Positions 50,943-62,398 of a stretch of DNA of 64,000 bases are shown in pieces. A program made the position numbers and the translations under genes. Below the pieces are notes generated by a model, which saw only the letters and a list, made by a program, of their open reading frames with translations, ran no database searches and had not been told where the DNA came from. The DNA is from an uncultured Acidobacteriaceae bacterium (GTDB lineage: Bacteria > Acidobacteriota > Terriglobia > Terriglobales > Acidobacteriaceae). Positions within the stretch are counted from its first letter, which is position 1, and the number at the start of each line of letters is the position of its first letter. The DNA is taken from assembly GCA_963750845.1 (NCBI GenBank), contig CAVVSP010000010.1:32932-96931 (forward strand), in the 5' to 3' direction.

Positions 50943-52852
50943 CTATCGGGCCTTGATGTCAAGCGCCTGAATGCTGTACGCCGGCACCGTGTGCTCGAAG
51001 CTGGCTGCAGCATTGTGAATTGCACTGACGGCTGGAACGATACGCCGTGGATCCGTGATGCTGTTTGTCTCCTCCGGTGTGTTGCCGCGAAGCGTTGTCA
51101 GTTGCGCATCCTTGTCTACCGCCGTTACACCCTTGAGCTGGATACGCATTGCCTGCGGTATTGACGAACCGTTGACCAGCTTCAGATGGATCGTTCCCGT
51201 CGCCGCATCGCGCGTAGTGGACTCGAAGAGGCGAGGACCGGCATTCGTCATCTGTGTACCAAGCACCTCGTTGCCCAGATGTCCTGCAAACATCACCTGC
51301 GCGTAGTAGCTGGGCGAGCCGTAACTGTTTACCGCGTCATAGCCGATCAGGTCCGTGTCCCACTGCAGGGCGCCGGGATTTACGTTACGTCAATAGCGGC
51401 GCATAGGAGGCCATCACGATCAGGTCGCTGTTGCGCTCCATGCCGGTCATCCAGGCTGCGTCGCCCAGAGCGGCGCCCATGTTGGGCGTGGGCGCCCCTT
51501 CGCGCGTTGCCCATTCGCCGACGAAAATCTTCGGGCCGTTGCGGTCTGTCTTGTCGTAGTGATGCGTGTCGTTGAAGAACTCCGTCGCGCTGCGGTAGTA
51601 GTGGTCGTCGATGACGTCCGGTTTCACGCTCGTCACCGGTGTGGTTGCGATGAGCTGAAGCTGTGGATAGCGAGCCTTGATGGCTTTGTAGAACTGCGCG
51701 TAGCGTCCGTCATAGCTGTGCGAGCGGTCGAAACCAGTCTTCATTGCCAATCTCGACATAAGTGAGAGGGAAGGGCGCGGGATGGCCGTCCTTTGCGCGC
51801 TCGGCACCCCACTTGGTGTTCGCGTCGCCGGTCACATACTCGATTTCGTCGAGCGCATCCTGAACGTAGGGCTCCAGCTCGGGGCCCGGCTCCACATGTT
51901 CCTGCTTCATGGAATAGCCGGCGTAGACTGCGAGCACGGGCTGAATCTTCAGGTCTTCGCACCACTCCAGGAATTCAAGCAGCCCCATGCCATCGGACGA
52001 GTGATAGTTCCATGGGCTGATGTGCGTTGGGCGGTCCACCCACGGGCCGATCGTCTTCTTCCACTCAAAGCGCTCGGAGATGTGGTCGCCTTCCAGGTAA
52101 TTGCCGCCGGGCAGCCGCAGGAACTTCGGCTGCATGGCGGCCAGCTTCTCCATCAAATCGGTGCGCAGGCCGTATTCGCGATCGTGGTATGTCGGCGGGA
52201 AGACCGATACCAGGCTCAGGTATAACGTCCCAGGATGGCTCGCAGCCACTTCAAAGTGGTTCGCTCCGCTGACGGCAGGAACCGTGCCGGTCTTCAGCGC
52301 AACCTTGTATTGCTGCCACTCACCGGAGATTGTGGGGATGGAAGACTGGGCCAGCACCTGGCCCGTGCCGTCGCTTACCAGGCGAGCGACGAGTGGCCCC
52401 GTCAGACCGCCATCGCTTTTCGCATAAAAAGAGCACTGATAGGTTTCATTGCCACGCACCGCCATGCCCCAATAGCCGGTGTTTGCGACTCCGGCTTGGT
52501 TGCTTGCGTCGGCCGTCTGGATATTGATCTTAAGGCTGCGCGGAATTGCGCTGCTGGGGCCGCTGCTCTTGTCCAGTTCCATGGACGCCAGCGCGTTGCC
52601 TTGCTCAACCAGCACCCAGCCGTGCGGGCCATAGGAGTCATCCATGAATGCACGGTTACGAATCAGCTCCGGATACAGGCCGCCGTCATAAGAGTGATTG
52701 ATCTCCTCGGTCATCAGACCGTAGAGAGTCGGGCTCACCTGAGCAATGGTCGTTTGTGCATCGATCTCGAGCGTAGCCGGCCGCTGGGCTGTCGCCGCGG
52801 CGGCGATAAGCAACAGCGCGGATAGCAGCGCGCCGGCTCTAGTTGTTATCAT
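50943..52852 (-). CDS. Secreted GH51 alpha-L-arabinofuranosidase; two apparent extra bases (near 51732 and 51387)
   Basis: YGLMTEEINHSYDGGLY, FLRLPGGNY, VEIGNED, DDHYY, IFVGEWA, ERNSD...SYAPL; three consecutive ORF pieces join on single-base removal. Confidence 0.9.
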
Positions 52853-53006
52853 CGAAGGTCTCCCCAGAGAACGTTTGCCGAATGCGCCATTAAAACCGAT
52901 CGAGCGACCTGTCAGCAAGAACTGTTTGGACGGCCTTCGGTCTCGTACAATCCTGATCTCCGGTTCGACCGAGCGAACAGATCTGACAAAACAATCGATC
53001 TCCTCC

Positions 53007-53028
53007 GGACAGGGATAGGACAGGGATA
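53007..53028 (+). repeat. Exact tandem duplication of GGACAGGGATA just before the amidohydrolase start
   Basis: GGACAGGGATA-GGACAGGGATA, ending 3 nt before the GTG at 53032. Confidence 0.85.
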
Positions 53029-53031
53029 TAC

Positions 53032-53883
53032 GTGACCACTGGCTATCGCATTGATGCTCATCATCATTTCTGGCCTTATAGTCCAGCCGAGTATGGCTGG
53101 ATCAACGATCAAATGCGGATTTTGCGACGTGATTTTCTTCCAGCCGATCTAAAGCCTCTTCTCGACCATGCCGGCGTTACTGGGGCAGTCGCGGTGCAGG
53201 CCCGCCAAACCCTTGAAGAAACCCGCTGGCTCCTGAGCCTGGCCGACGACAAAACCGGTGACGCCACCTGGATGAAGGGAGTCGTGGGCTGGGCGCCTAT
53301 CGCCGCTCCGGAGTTTGCAGAGGTGCTGGCCGATCTGAAGCAGAACAAAAAGCTGAAGGGGCTGCGCCACCTCATTCAGGATGAGCCGGATGACCAATTC
53401 ATTTTGGATGACGCATTCAATCGTGGCATCCGCGAACTCGAAGGCACAGAAGTCGTGTACGACATCGTGATCCAAGCGCGCCATTTACCGCAGACGCTGC
53501 GCTTTGTAGACCGACATCCCCATCAGTCATTTGTCCTGGATCACTGCGCGAAACCGCCAATTTTGAGCGGGGAGTCGGAGCCCTGGGCTACGCATATGCG
53601 CGAGCTGGCCAAGCGGCCAAACGTCTGCTGCAAACTCTCCGGGCTGCCAACGGAGGCCGATTGGCAGCAATGGACATCGGTCAGCCTGGAGCCTTATTGG
53701 CGCGTTGTTCTTGAAGCGTTCGGCCCCAACCGACTGCTTTTCGGCTCAGACTGGCCGGTATCCCTGCTTGCCGGCAGCTATCAGCGATGGGTAAACACAG
53801 TCACCGAGTGGGTCGCGCCGCTCTCGGCGATCGAGCAGAACGCGATCTGGAGCGGCACGGCCAGCCGCATCTACTCGCTCTAG
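53032..53883 (+). CDS. Amidohydrolase-2 family sugar lactonase (L-fuconolactonase-like)
   Basis: IDAHHHFW, AVAVQA, VVGW, GLRH, VLDHCAKP, CKLSG, LFGSDWPV; adjacent to the fucose cluster. Confidence 0.87.
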   Translation: MTTGYRIDAHHHFWPYSPAEYGWINDQMRILRRDFLPADLKPLLDHAGVTGAVAVQARQTLEETRWLLSLADDKTGDATWMKGVVGWAPIAAPEFAEVLADLKQNKKLKGLRHLIQDEPDDQFILDDAFNRGIRELEGTEVVYDIVIQARHLPQTLRFVDRHPHQSFVLDHCAKPPILSGESEPWATHMRELAKRPNVCCKLSGLPTEADWQQWTSVSLEPYWRVVLEAFGPNRLLFGSDWPVSLLAGSYQRWVNTVTEWVAPLSAIEQNAIWSGTASRIYSL

Positions 53884-53905
53884 GTGGCAGACGCTAGCAA
53901 GCTAA

Positions 53906-54979
53906 TTATCTGTGTGCCTTGGCTGCCTTCTTCGGTGTTTTTCCGGATGGCTTAGCCGCGGCCGCTTTTTCGCCAGTCGTCGAAGCGCGGATCACCAGGG
54001 CAGGCTCGAGGATGACCTTCTCGGGTGCCGGCCACTCGCGACCTTCGATCATGCCCAGCAGAATCTCTCCGGCCCGCTGGCCGATCAGGTGGCTTCGCTG
54101 GTCGATGCTGGTCAGGGGCACGCGCAGCCAGTCGTTGTAGTTCAGGTTGCCGCAGCCCACCAGAGCGATATCCTCCGGAATGCGCAATCCCGCATCGAGG
54201 ATCACGTTCATGGCGCCGATGGCAATGGGGTCGTTGTGGCAGAAGATGGCGTCCGGGCGTGGCGTTCTTTGCAGCAACTGCCTCATCGCTTCCGAGCCCT
54301 GACGCTGGCTATCCGTGTCCACGTAGTCGCGGCTGAGGATGTAGTCTTCCCGCACTGGCAGCTTGTGCGCGCGCAACGCCTCCAGATAGCCCTCTTTGCG
54401 GCGGATGCCGGTGCTGTTTTCGCGTCCACTGATATGCGCAATGTTCCGCCGACCCATGTCAATCAGGTGCGTGGTGGCGATACGTCCGGCGGCTCTGTCG
54501 TCAATGCCGACAAAATCCGCCTCCAGGTCGTCGAAAGCCCGGTCGATCAGCACGAAGGGCTGCGACTGGCTGCGCATGCGGCGGAAAAGCTGCGTATCCG
54601 CGCCCGAGGAGGCGATGACGAGCGCATCCAGGCGGCGGGCCAGGAGATGGCGAATCTCGCGGGCTTCGAGCGCCGGGTCCTCCTCCGAGGAGGACACAAT
54701 CAACGAGTAGCCCTTGCCTACGATCGCTTTCGAAAGTGCCCTCGCGACCTCCGCAAAGAAGGGGTGGATCAACCCCGGAACGATGAGACCGATCAGATAG
54801 CTGCGACCGGTAACCAGGCTGCGGGCCAGGATATTGGGCTCATAATCCAGTTCTTTGACGCGCTGGAGCACCCTTTTGCGGGTCTCCTCGCCGATGTCGG
54901 GATGGTCGCGGAGCACTTTTGATACGGTGACAACGGAGAGCCCGAGGTCCCGGGCGATGTCTTTCATGCGGATCGTCAT
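53906..54979 (-). CDS. LacI-family transcriptional regulator
   Basis: HTH MKDIARDLGLSVVTVSKVL, hinge YEPNILARSL, AIFCHND..AIG, PLTSIDQ. Confidence 0.95.
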   Translation of the reverse strand: MTIRMKDIARDLGLSVVTVSKVLRDHPDIGEETRKRVLQRVKELDYEPNILARSLVTGRSYLIGLIVPGLIHPFFAEVARALSKAIVGKGYSLIVSSSEEDPALEAREIRHLLARRLDALVIASSGADTQLFRRMRSQSQPFVLIDRAFDDLEADFVGIDDRAAGRIATTHLIDMGRRNIAHISGRENSTGIRRKEGYLEALRAHKLPVREDYILSRDYVDTDSQRQGSEAMRQLLQRTPRPDAIFCHNDPIAIGAMNVILDAGLRIPEDIALVGCGNLNYNDWLRVPLTSIDQRSHLIGQRAGEILLGMIEGREWPAPEKVILEPALVIRASTTGEKAAAAKPSGKTPKKAAKAHR

Positions 54980-55053
54980 ACGCTGGACTATATCGTGTCG
55001 GAGAAGAGGAATTGTCTCGGGAGCCGACTTGCTTGCACCGGGTCGGATGAGTG

Positions 55054-55080
55054 CATAATTGGTCTTTCTAAACCGTTTAC
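55054..55080 (+). promoter_or_regulatory. Putative -10 element and LacI-type operator between the divergent lacI and uxaE-like genes
   Basis: CATAAT at 55054-55059, then the palindrome TAAAC-C-GTTTA at 55069-55079 (AAAC(C)GTTT core typical of LacI-family sites). Confidence 0.6.
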
Positions 55081-55130
55081 TGTAACGAAGATAAAGCATA
55101 AGCTGGGAAATCGCGAGAGGGATACCGAAA

Positions 55131-56483
55131 GTGCCGGCCACGAACTCGCTGGGAAGATTTTCGATCGGGGTAGGAGACCGGTTTGTGCATCAGGCCGGCG
55201 CGCAGTTGCGCGCCTGCCTCCAGGCGGCGGAGGCCGGTGTGGTCGTGGTGCCGGTATGGAACAAGTCGAATCGCGAGCACGCCATCATCGGCTCCGAACC
55301 CGCGCAAACGCGCGTCGCCGCGGATGCCGCTGTTCAGCACCTCAAATGGCAACATCCATATTTTTGCGATGCCGACCACATCAACCTGAGCACCGTGGAT
55401 CGATTTCTCGAACCCTGCGACTTCTTCACCATCGATGTTGCGGACCAGATCGGAGTTACCGCCGAGCGGGTTGACCTGGATCATTTTGTCCGCCGCCATA
55501 CCGGTCTGCTCGGCTCGATCGATCTACCGGGAATTTCTGAGCCGATCCTGGTGGCGCGAGAGGATCTGGAGAGTGTCGGCCGAAAGTATCTATCAGCCGT
55601 GCTCCAGGCCGCAGAGACCTATCGCCACATCGAGCGCGCGAAGGGAAAGGGCACATTCCTCACCGAGGTTTCGATGGACGAGACCGACGCGCCGCAGCAG
55701 CCGGTTGAACTGCTTCTTATCCTCGCTGCTCTGGCAGACGCCGGTGTGCCGCTGGCAACCATTGCGCCAAAGTTTACCGGCCGCTTCAACAAAGGCGTCG
55801 ATTACGTGGGCGACCCGCGTGTGTTTGCGCGCGAGCTGGAGCAGGATATGGCGGTCATCCGGTATGCCATCGATGCATTCGGACTGCCGGCAGAACTGAA
55901 GCTGAGCCTCCACTCCGGCAGCGACAAGTTCTCCATCTACGGCGCCGTACATGCAGCCATGACGAAGCTCGGCACCGGATTGCATCTGAAGACCGCCGGC
56001 ACCACCTGGCTGGAAGAAGTGATCGGTCTGGCAGAGTCGGGAGGCGACGCGCTGACGCTGGTGAAGGAGATTTACGCCGAGGCGTATGCGCATCGCGACG
56101 AGCTGTGCGCGCCGTACGCTGCGGTGATTGACATTGACCCGGCGTTGCTCCCCACTCCTGCTGCGGCAAATCACTGGACGGCAGAGCAGTGGGTCGGCGC
56201 GCTGCGCCACGATCTCGAGTCGCCTGCGTATAACAGGAGCCTGCGGCAGCTTATGCATGTCGCGTTCAAGATCGCAGCGAAGATGGGGCCACGCTACATT
56301 GCCATGCTGGAGCAGCACGAAGACTGCGTGGCCGAAAATGTCACACGCAATTTGTTCGATCGTCATGTTCGACCGGTTTTTCTCGGGGAAAGCAGCCCCG
56401 ACAGGTGTGCAAGCGGCACATGTGCACGAAGGTATGAGGAATTAAACGACAATGCTGTCGTCCGGAATCGCGATCGAGAATGA
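55131..56483 (+). CDS. Tagaturonate/fructuronate epimerase (UxaE) family protein
   Basis: SIGVGDRF, WNKSNREH, DADH, FTID, EVSMDETD, APKFTGRFNKGVDY, KLSLHSGSDKFSIY, HLKTAGTTWLEE. Confidence 0.87.
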   Translation: MPATNSLGRFSIGVGDRFVHQAGAQLRACLQAAEAGVVVVPVWNKSNREHAIIGSEPAQTRVAADAAVQHLKWQHPYFCDADHINLSTVDRFLEPCDFFTIDVADQIGVTAERVDLDHFVRRHTGLLGSIDLPGISEPILVAREDLESVGRKYLSAVLQAAETYRHIERAKGKGTFLTEVSMDETDAPQQPVELLLILAALADAGVPLATIAPKFTGRFNKGVDYVGDPRVFARELEQDMAVIRYAIDAFGLPAELKLSLHSGSDKFSIYGAVHAAMTKLGTGLHLKTAGTTWLEEVIGLAESGGDALTLVKEIYAEAYAHRDELCAPYAAVIDIDPALLPTPAAANHWTAEQWVGALRHDLESPAYNRSLRQLMHVAFKIAAKMGPRYIAMLEQHEDCVAENVTRNLFDRHVRPVFLGESSPDRCASGTCARRYEELNDNAVVRNRDRE

Positions 56484-57753
56484 GGGCAGCGGCGAGCCGC
56501 TGGTCGCGCGCGGACAACTTCTGCCGTTCGGTCTGGTTACTTCGCTCTTCTTCCTCTGGGGCGTGCCCAATAACCTGAACGATGTGCTGATCCGCCAGTT
56601 CATGAAGAGCTTTGCGCTGAACCGCGTGGAAGCGGGTCTGGTGCAGTCGGCTTTCTATCTGGGCTACTTCTTCCTTGCGATTCCCGCGGCGCTCATCATG
56701 CGCCGCCATGGCTACAAAGCGGGGCTCATCACGGGGTTGCTGTTATTTGCTACGGGTGCAGCACTTTTCTGGCCTGCGGCCATCGTCGGCAAATATTGGT
56801 TCTTCCTTGCCGCGCTCTTTGTCATTGCATCGGGTCTTTCCTTTCTAGAGACCGCGTCCAATCCATTCATCACGCAGATGGGCGCGCCGGCCACCGCAGC
56901 GCGCCGGCTGAATTTTTCACAGGCATTCAATACGCTTGGATCGATTGCGGGGGTGCTGGCCGGCACGGTCTTTATCTTCTCCGGCGTGGAACTGACGACC
57001 ACCCAGGTTGCTGCACAAAAAGCAGCAGGCACCTATGCGACGTATCTACGTCACGAGACGATGCGTGTGGTCGTACCCTACCTGGTGCTGGGCGCCATTG
57101 CACTGACGCTCGCCCTGCTCTTCGTGCGTGTTCGCTTCCCGGAGGTGGTTGCCGGGAGTAACGCGGAGGCCGACGGCGGCCGCATCTCGGAGCTCTTCCG
57201 CCGCCCGCACTTCCTGTTTGCGGTGCTTGCGCAGTTCCTGTACATCGGCGCGCAGGTAGGCACGTGGAGCTACTTCATCCAATATGTGCAGGACTATACC
57301 CATCAGCCGGAGAAGCACGCCGGGCTGCTGTTGACCGGCACGCTGGGAGCATTCGCGCTGGGGCGCTTCTCCGCCCCGCTGCTGATGAAGTACATCCCGG
57401 CAGCACGGCTGATGATGCTCTATGCCATGGTAAACGTGCTCCTGCTGCTCTTCGCCGTGTTACGGCCAGGGTGGGCGGGCATGTGGGCGGTCTTTCTTAC
57501 CAGCTTCTTCATGTCGATCATGTTCCCGACGATCTTCGCTCTTGGACTGGAAGGGTTGGGGCCGCTGGTCAAGCTGGGCGGGTCGCTGCTCGTGATGTCG
57601 ATCGTTGGCGGAGCCACACTGACGCCTGTGATGGCATGGATATCTCAGCGTGCTGGCGGCCTTGCCTACGGCTACACCGTGCCGCTGGTGGGATACGTTG
57701 TTGTCGCCATTTTCAGTTGGTATCACGCACAACGGAGTCGCTTGCCCGGATAG
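56452..57753 (+). CDS. fucP: L-fucose:H+ symporter family MFS permease
   Basis: LFFLWG...NDVLI, VQSAFYLGYF, FLETASNP, RLNFSQAFN, AQFLYIGAQ, FMSIMFPTIF. Confidence 0.92.
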   Translation: MLSSGIAIENEGSGEPLVARGQLLPFGLVTSLFFLWGVPNNLNDVLIRQFMKSFALNRVEAGLVQSAFYLGYFFLAIPAALIMRRHGYKAGLITGLLLFATGAALFWPAAIVGKYWFFLAALFVIASGLSFLETASNPFITQMGAPATAARRLNFSQAFNTLGSIAGVLAGTVFIFSGVELTTTQVAAQKAAGTYATYLRHETMRVVVPYLVLGAIALTLALLFVRVRFPEVVAGSNAEADGGRISELFRRPHFLFAVLAQFLYIGAQVGTWSYFIQYVQDYTHQPEKHAGLLLTGTLGAFALGRFSAPLLMKYIPAARLMMLYAMVNVLLLLFAVLRPGWAGMWAVFLTSFFMSIMFPTIFALGLEGLGPLVKLGGSLLVMSIVGGATLTPVMAWISQRAGGLAYGYTVPLVGYVVVAIFSWYHAQRSRLPG

Positions 57754-57817
57754 TGTGCGTACGGCGGTCTGAGGGATCAGAAGCGACGGAAGGATTTTAG
57801 GGGCAAAGAGGGACGGA

Positions 57818-59211
<1,394 letters not shown>

Positions 59212-59215
<4 letters not shown>

Positions 59216-60325
59216 GCCTGTCGAACTCATCCACCGGGCTTGCGAGGAAAGCCGCTGCCGATTGTGTTGGTCGGCGCGGGCGGCATTGTGCAGAATGCGC
59301 ATGTGCCCGCATACCGCAAAGGTGGTCTGCCGATTGCCGCGATCGTCGATCGCCATCTCGCTCGCGCGGAAGCGTTGGCGGCGGAGTGCGGCATTGGCGT
59401 CAGCGGAGGGTCGGTTGGCGCTGTGTTGCCGGAAGTGCGTGGTCCTGTCGTCTTTGATGTCGCGGTGCCTGCCGCGGCGCTCCTTGAGGTCTTGCCGACA
59501 CTTCCGCGAGGCGCCACTGTGCTGATCCAGAAGCCGCTTGGAGAAACGCTGGCGGAGGCGGAGGGCATCGTCGCTTTGTGCCGCGAAAGGGGATTGCGGG
59601 CGGCAGTGAACTTTCAATTGCGCTGGGCGCCGAACATGGTTGCAGCGCGCGCCATTACCGATGCGGGCGCGCTCGGCACGCTGCACGACATCGAGGTCCA
59701 GGTGAGCACCTACACACCGTGGGAATTATGGACGTTCCTGAAAACCGCGCCACGTCTGGAGATCGTGTATCACAGCATTCACTACATTGACCTGGTGCGC
59801 TCCTGGCTGGGAAACCCGCAGCGAGTCTACGCGCGGACGGTGCGCAATCCGCGCACGCCGGATTTGGCTGCTACCAAGAGCGTAGTCGTGATGGACTATG
59901 ACGATTGGACGCGCGTGTTCATTGCGACCAATCACGGGCTGGACGTGCCTTACCCTGAACTGCAACATAGTTATGTTCAGTGGGAGGGGACAGAGGGCGT
60001 CATGCGTGCGCAGATGGGCGTCAACCTTGACTATCCGAAGGGCCGTGGCGACACCCTTGAGTTCTGGCCGCGCGAGCCTCACGCGGATTTTCCTGCGGGT
60101 CCGCAGGCGGTGAACGGCGAATGGTTTCCGGACGCTTTTTTAGGATCGATGCTCTCGGTGCAGCGTTTCGCGTTGGGCGAAAGCGAAACCATGCCGACAC
60201 GCGTGGAAGACGCATTGGATACGATGCGCGTGGTAGAAGCGGCGTATCTATCCTCAGAACGCGGCGGCGAGCCGCTATCGCTGGCAGAGACGAAAACCGG
60301 AGCAATAAGAGACAGGGAGTCATAG
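59212..60325 (+). CDS. Gfo/Idh/MocA-family oxidoreductase; probable extra A near 59248
   Basis: VGAGGIV...H.PAY, LIQKPLG, VNFQLRW, YHSIHYID. The GTG at 59212 overlaps the fucosidase stop and comes into frame if one A is removed (track ORF starts at 59240). Confidence 0.88.
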
Positions 60326-61065
60326 TGTTCGATCTGACAGGCAAGGTAGCACTGATTACCGGAGGTGCCAGCGGCATCGGCGCTGCGACCGCGCGGCGGT
60401 TGTCGGAAGCGGGTGCAAGCGTCATCGTTGCGGATCTTAATGAAGTTGCGGCGAAGACGCTGGCAGGTGAGTTGTCAGGAGCGAAGGGCGTCGCGATGGA
60501 CGTGACCAGCACCGCTTCGATTGCGGCAGTCATGCAGGGACTGAACCGGCTCGACATCCTGGTGAACAATGCCGGCATCGGGCTGGTTGGCAGCATTGCG
60601 CAGACGGAGGAAGCGGATTACGCGCGCCTGATGACGGTGAATGCCACTTCGGTCTATTTAGTCACCAAGGCCGCGCTGCCATTGCTGCTTGCCGTGCGGG
60701 GATCGATCGTGAATATCGGCTCCGTCGCTGGTTTGATCGGCATTAAGCAGCGCTTCGCCTATTGCGCCAGCAAGGGAGCGGTCATCGCGATGACGCGACA
60801 ACTGGCAGTGGAGTATCCAAAGGAGCTCCGAGTGAACTGCATCGCGCCCGGGACGGTGCAGTCGCCGTTCGTCGAAGGCTATCTCGAGAAGTATCATGCG
60901 CACGAGATCGACAAGATGCGCGTGGACCTGGCTGCGCGGCAACCCATGGGGCGCCTGGGCACGCCGGAAGAGATCGCTGCGATGGTGCACTACATGTGTT
61001 CTCCCGAAGCAGACTTTATGACGGGCTCTGTTGTGACCATCGATGGCGGCTGGACCGCTGCCTAG
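60325..61065 (+). CDS. SDR-family oxidoreductase (2-keto-3-deoxy-L-fuconate dehydrogenase-like)
   Basis: TGGASGIG, NNAG, YCASKG, PGT, IDGG; GGGAG RBS; pathway context. Confidence 0.88.
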   Translation: MFDLTGKVALITGGASGIGAATARRLSEAGASVIVADLNEVAAKTLAGELSGAKGVAMDVTSTASIAAVMQGLNRLDILVNNAGIGLVGSIAQTEEADYARLMTVNATSVYLVTKAALPLLLAVRGSIVNIGSVAGLIGIKQRFAYCASKGAVIAMTRQLAVEYPKELRVNCIAPGTVQSPFVEGYLEKYHAHEIDKMRVDLAARQPMGRLGTPEEIAAMVHYMCSPEADFMTGSVVTIDGGWTAA

Positions 61066-61096
61066 CCATAACGAAAGTGAAGGAGCCAAAGTTATT

Positions 61097-62398
61097 TTGA
61101 TTGATCCGACCATTACACGAGTTGAGGTGCTGGACCTGCGCTTCCCAACCTCGCGAGACAGCATCGGTTCCGATGCGGTGAACAAGAATCCTGACTATTC
61201 AGCCGCATATTGCATTTTGCATACGGACGGTGAGCTGAAGGGCTATGGCCTTACCTTCACGCTGGGACGCGGCAACGAGCTTTGCGTGGGCGCCGCCAGA
61301 TATCTGGCAGGCTTTGTCGAGGGGCGTCGCCTCAGCGCCCTCACGGACGATCTGCGGATTTTTTCGCGGCAACTGACCGATGACAGCCAGTTCCGGTGGC
61401 TGGGTCCGGAAAAAGGCGTCACACACATGGCGGCGGCGGCGCTGATCAATGCTGTCTGGGACCTCTATGCACGGCAGCGCAATAAGCCACTGTGGCGGTT
61501 GCTTGCCGACATGAGCCCGGAAGAGATCGTTCGCCTCGTCGACTTCCGCTACATTGACGACGCAATTACCGAAGAGGAAGCGCTGGCTCTCTTGAAGTCG
61601 AAGCGGGCGGGCAGGGAAACGCGCATCGCGGAACTGGAGAACGCCGGCTATCCCGCGTATACCACCTCGGTTGGCTGGTTCGGCTTTCCCGACGAGAAGG
61701 TCCGCTCGCTCTGCCATGAAGCGCTCGCAGAAGGCTGGCGTCATTTCAAATTGAAGGTTGGAGGCGAGCCAGGGGACGATCTGCGCCGTGCGGCCCTGGT
61801 CCGCCGCGAGATTGGGAGCGACAGCAAGCTCATGATGGATGCCAACCAGCGCTGGGGTGTTACGGAGGCAATTGCGCGGACGCGAGAACTTGCCGAATTT
61901 AACCCATGGTGGATGGAAGAGCCGACGAGTCCGGACGACATACTGGGTCATGCGCGAATCCGTCGCGAGGCCGGAGTGCGGATCGCAACCGGCGAACATT
62001 GCCAGAATCGCGTGATGTTCAAACAACTGCTGCAGGCGGGTGCCATCGATGTCTGCCAGATCGATAGCTGCCGCCTTGCCGGGGTGAATGAGAACCTGGC
62101 GGTGTTGCTGATGGCGGTGAAGTTCGGGGTGCCGGTATGCCCGCATGCCGGTGGCGTGGGGCTGTGTGAATATGTGCAGCATCTCTCGGCATTCGATTAC
62201 ATCGCTGTCTCCGCCTCACTTGAAAATCGCGTGACCGAATACGTGGATCATCTGCATGAGCATTTCCTCGACCCGGTTCGCATCCGCGAAGCACATTATG
62301 TGTTGCCCAGTCAGCCGGGTTACAGTGCAGAGATGTATCCGCAAACACTGATGGACTACCGCTTTCCGGATGGAAAGGTTTGGAGAGAGCTCGAGTGA
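61097..62398 (+). CDS. L-fuconate dehydratase (enolase superfamily, ENOSF1-like)
   Basis: DLRFPTS, GSDA.N..PDYS, QFRWLGPEKG, PAYTTS.GW, FKLKVG, MDANQ, EEPTSPDD, TGEH, CPHAGGVGL. Confidence 0.93.
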   Translation: MIDPTITRVEVLDLRFPTSRDSIGSDAVNKNPDYSAAYCILHTDGELKGYGLTFTLGRGNELCVGAARYLAGFVEGRRLSALTDDLRIFSRQLTDDSQFRWLGPEKGVTHMAAAALINAVWDLYARQRNKPLWRLLADMSPEEIVRLVDFRYIDDAITEEEALALLKSKRAGRETRIAELENAGYPAYTTSVGWFGFPDEKVRSLCHEALAEGWRHFKLKVGGEPGDDLRRAALVRREIGSDSKLMMDANQRWGVTEAIARTRELAEFNPWWMEEPTSPDDILGHARIRREAGVRIATGEHCQNRVMFKQLLQAGAIDVCQIDSCRLAGVNENLAVLLMAVKFGVPVCPHAGGVGLCEYVQHLSAFDYIAVSASLENRVTEYVDHLHEHFLDPVRIREAHYVLPSQPGYSAEMYPQTLMDYRFPDGKVWRELE

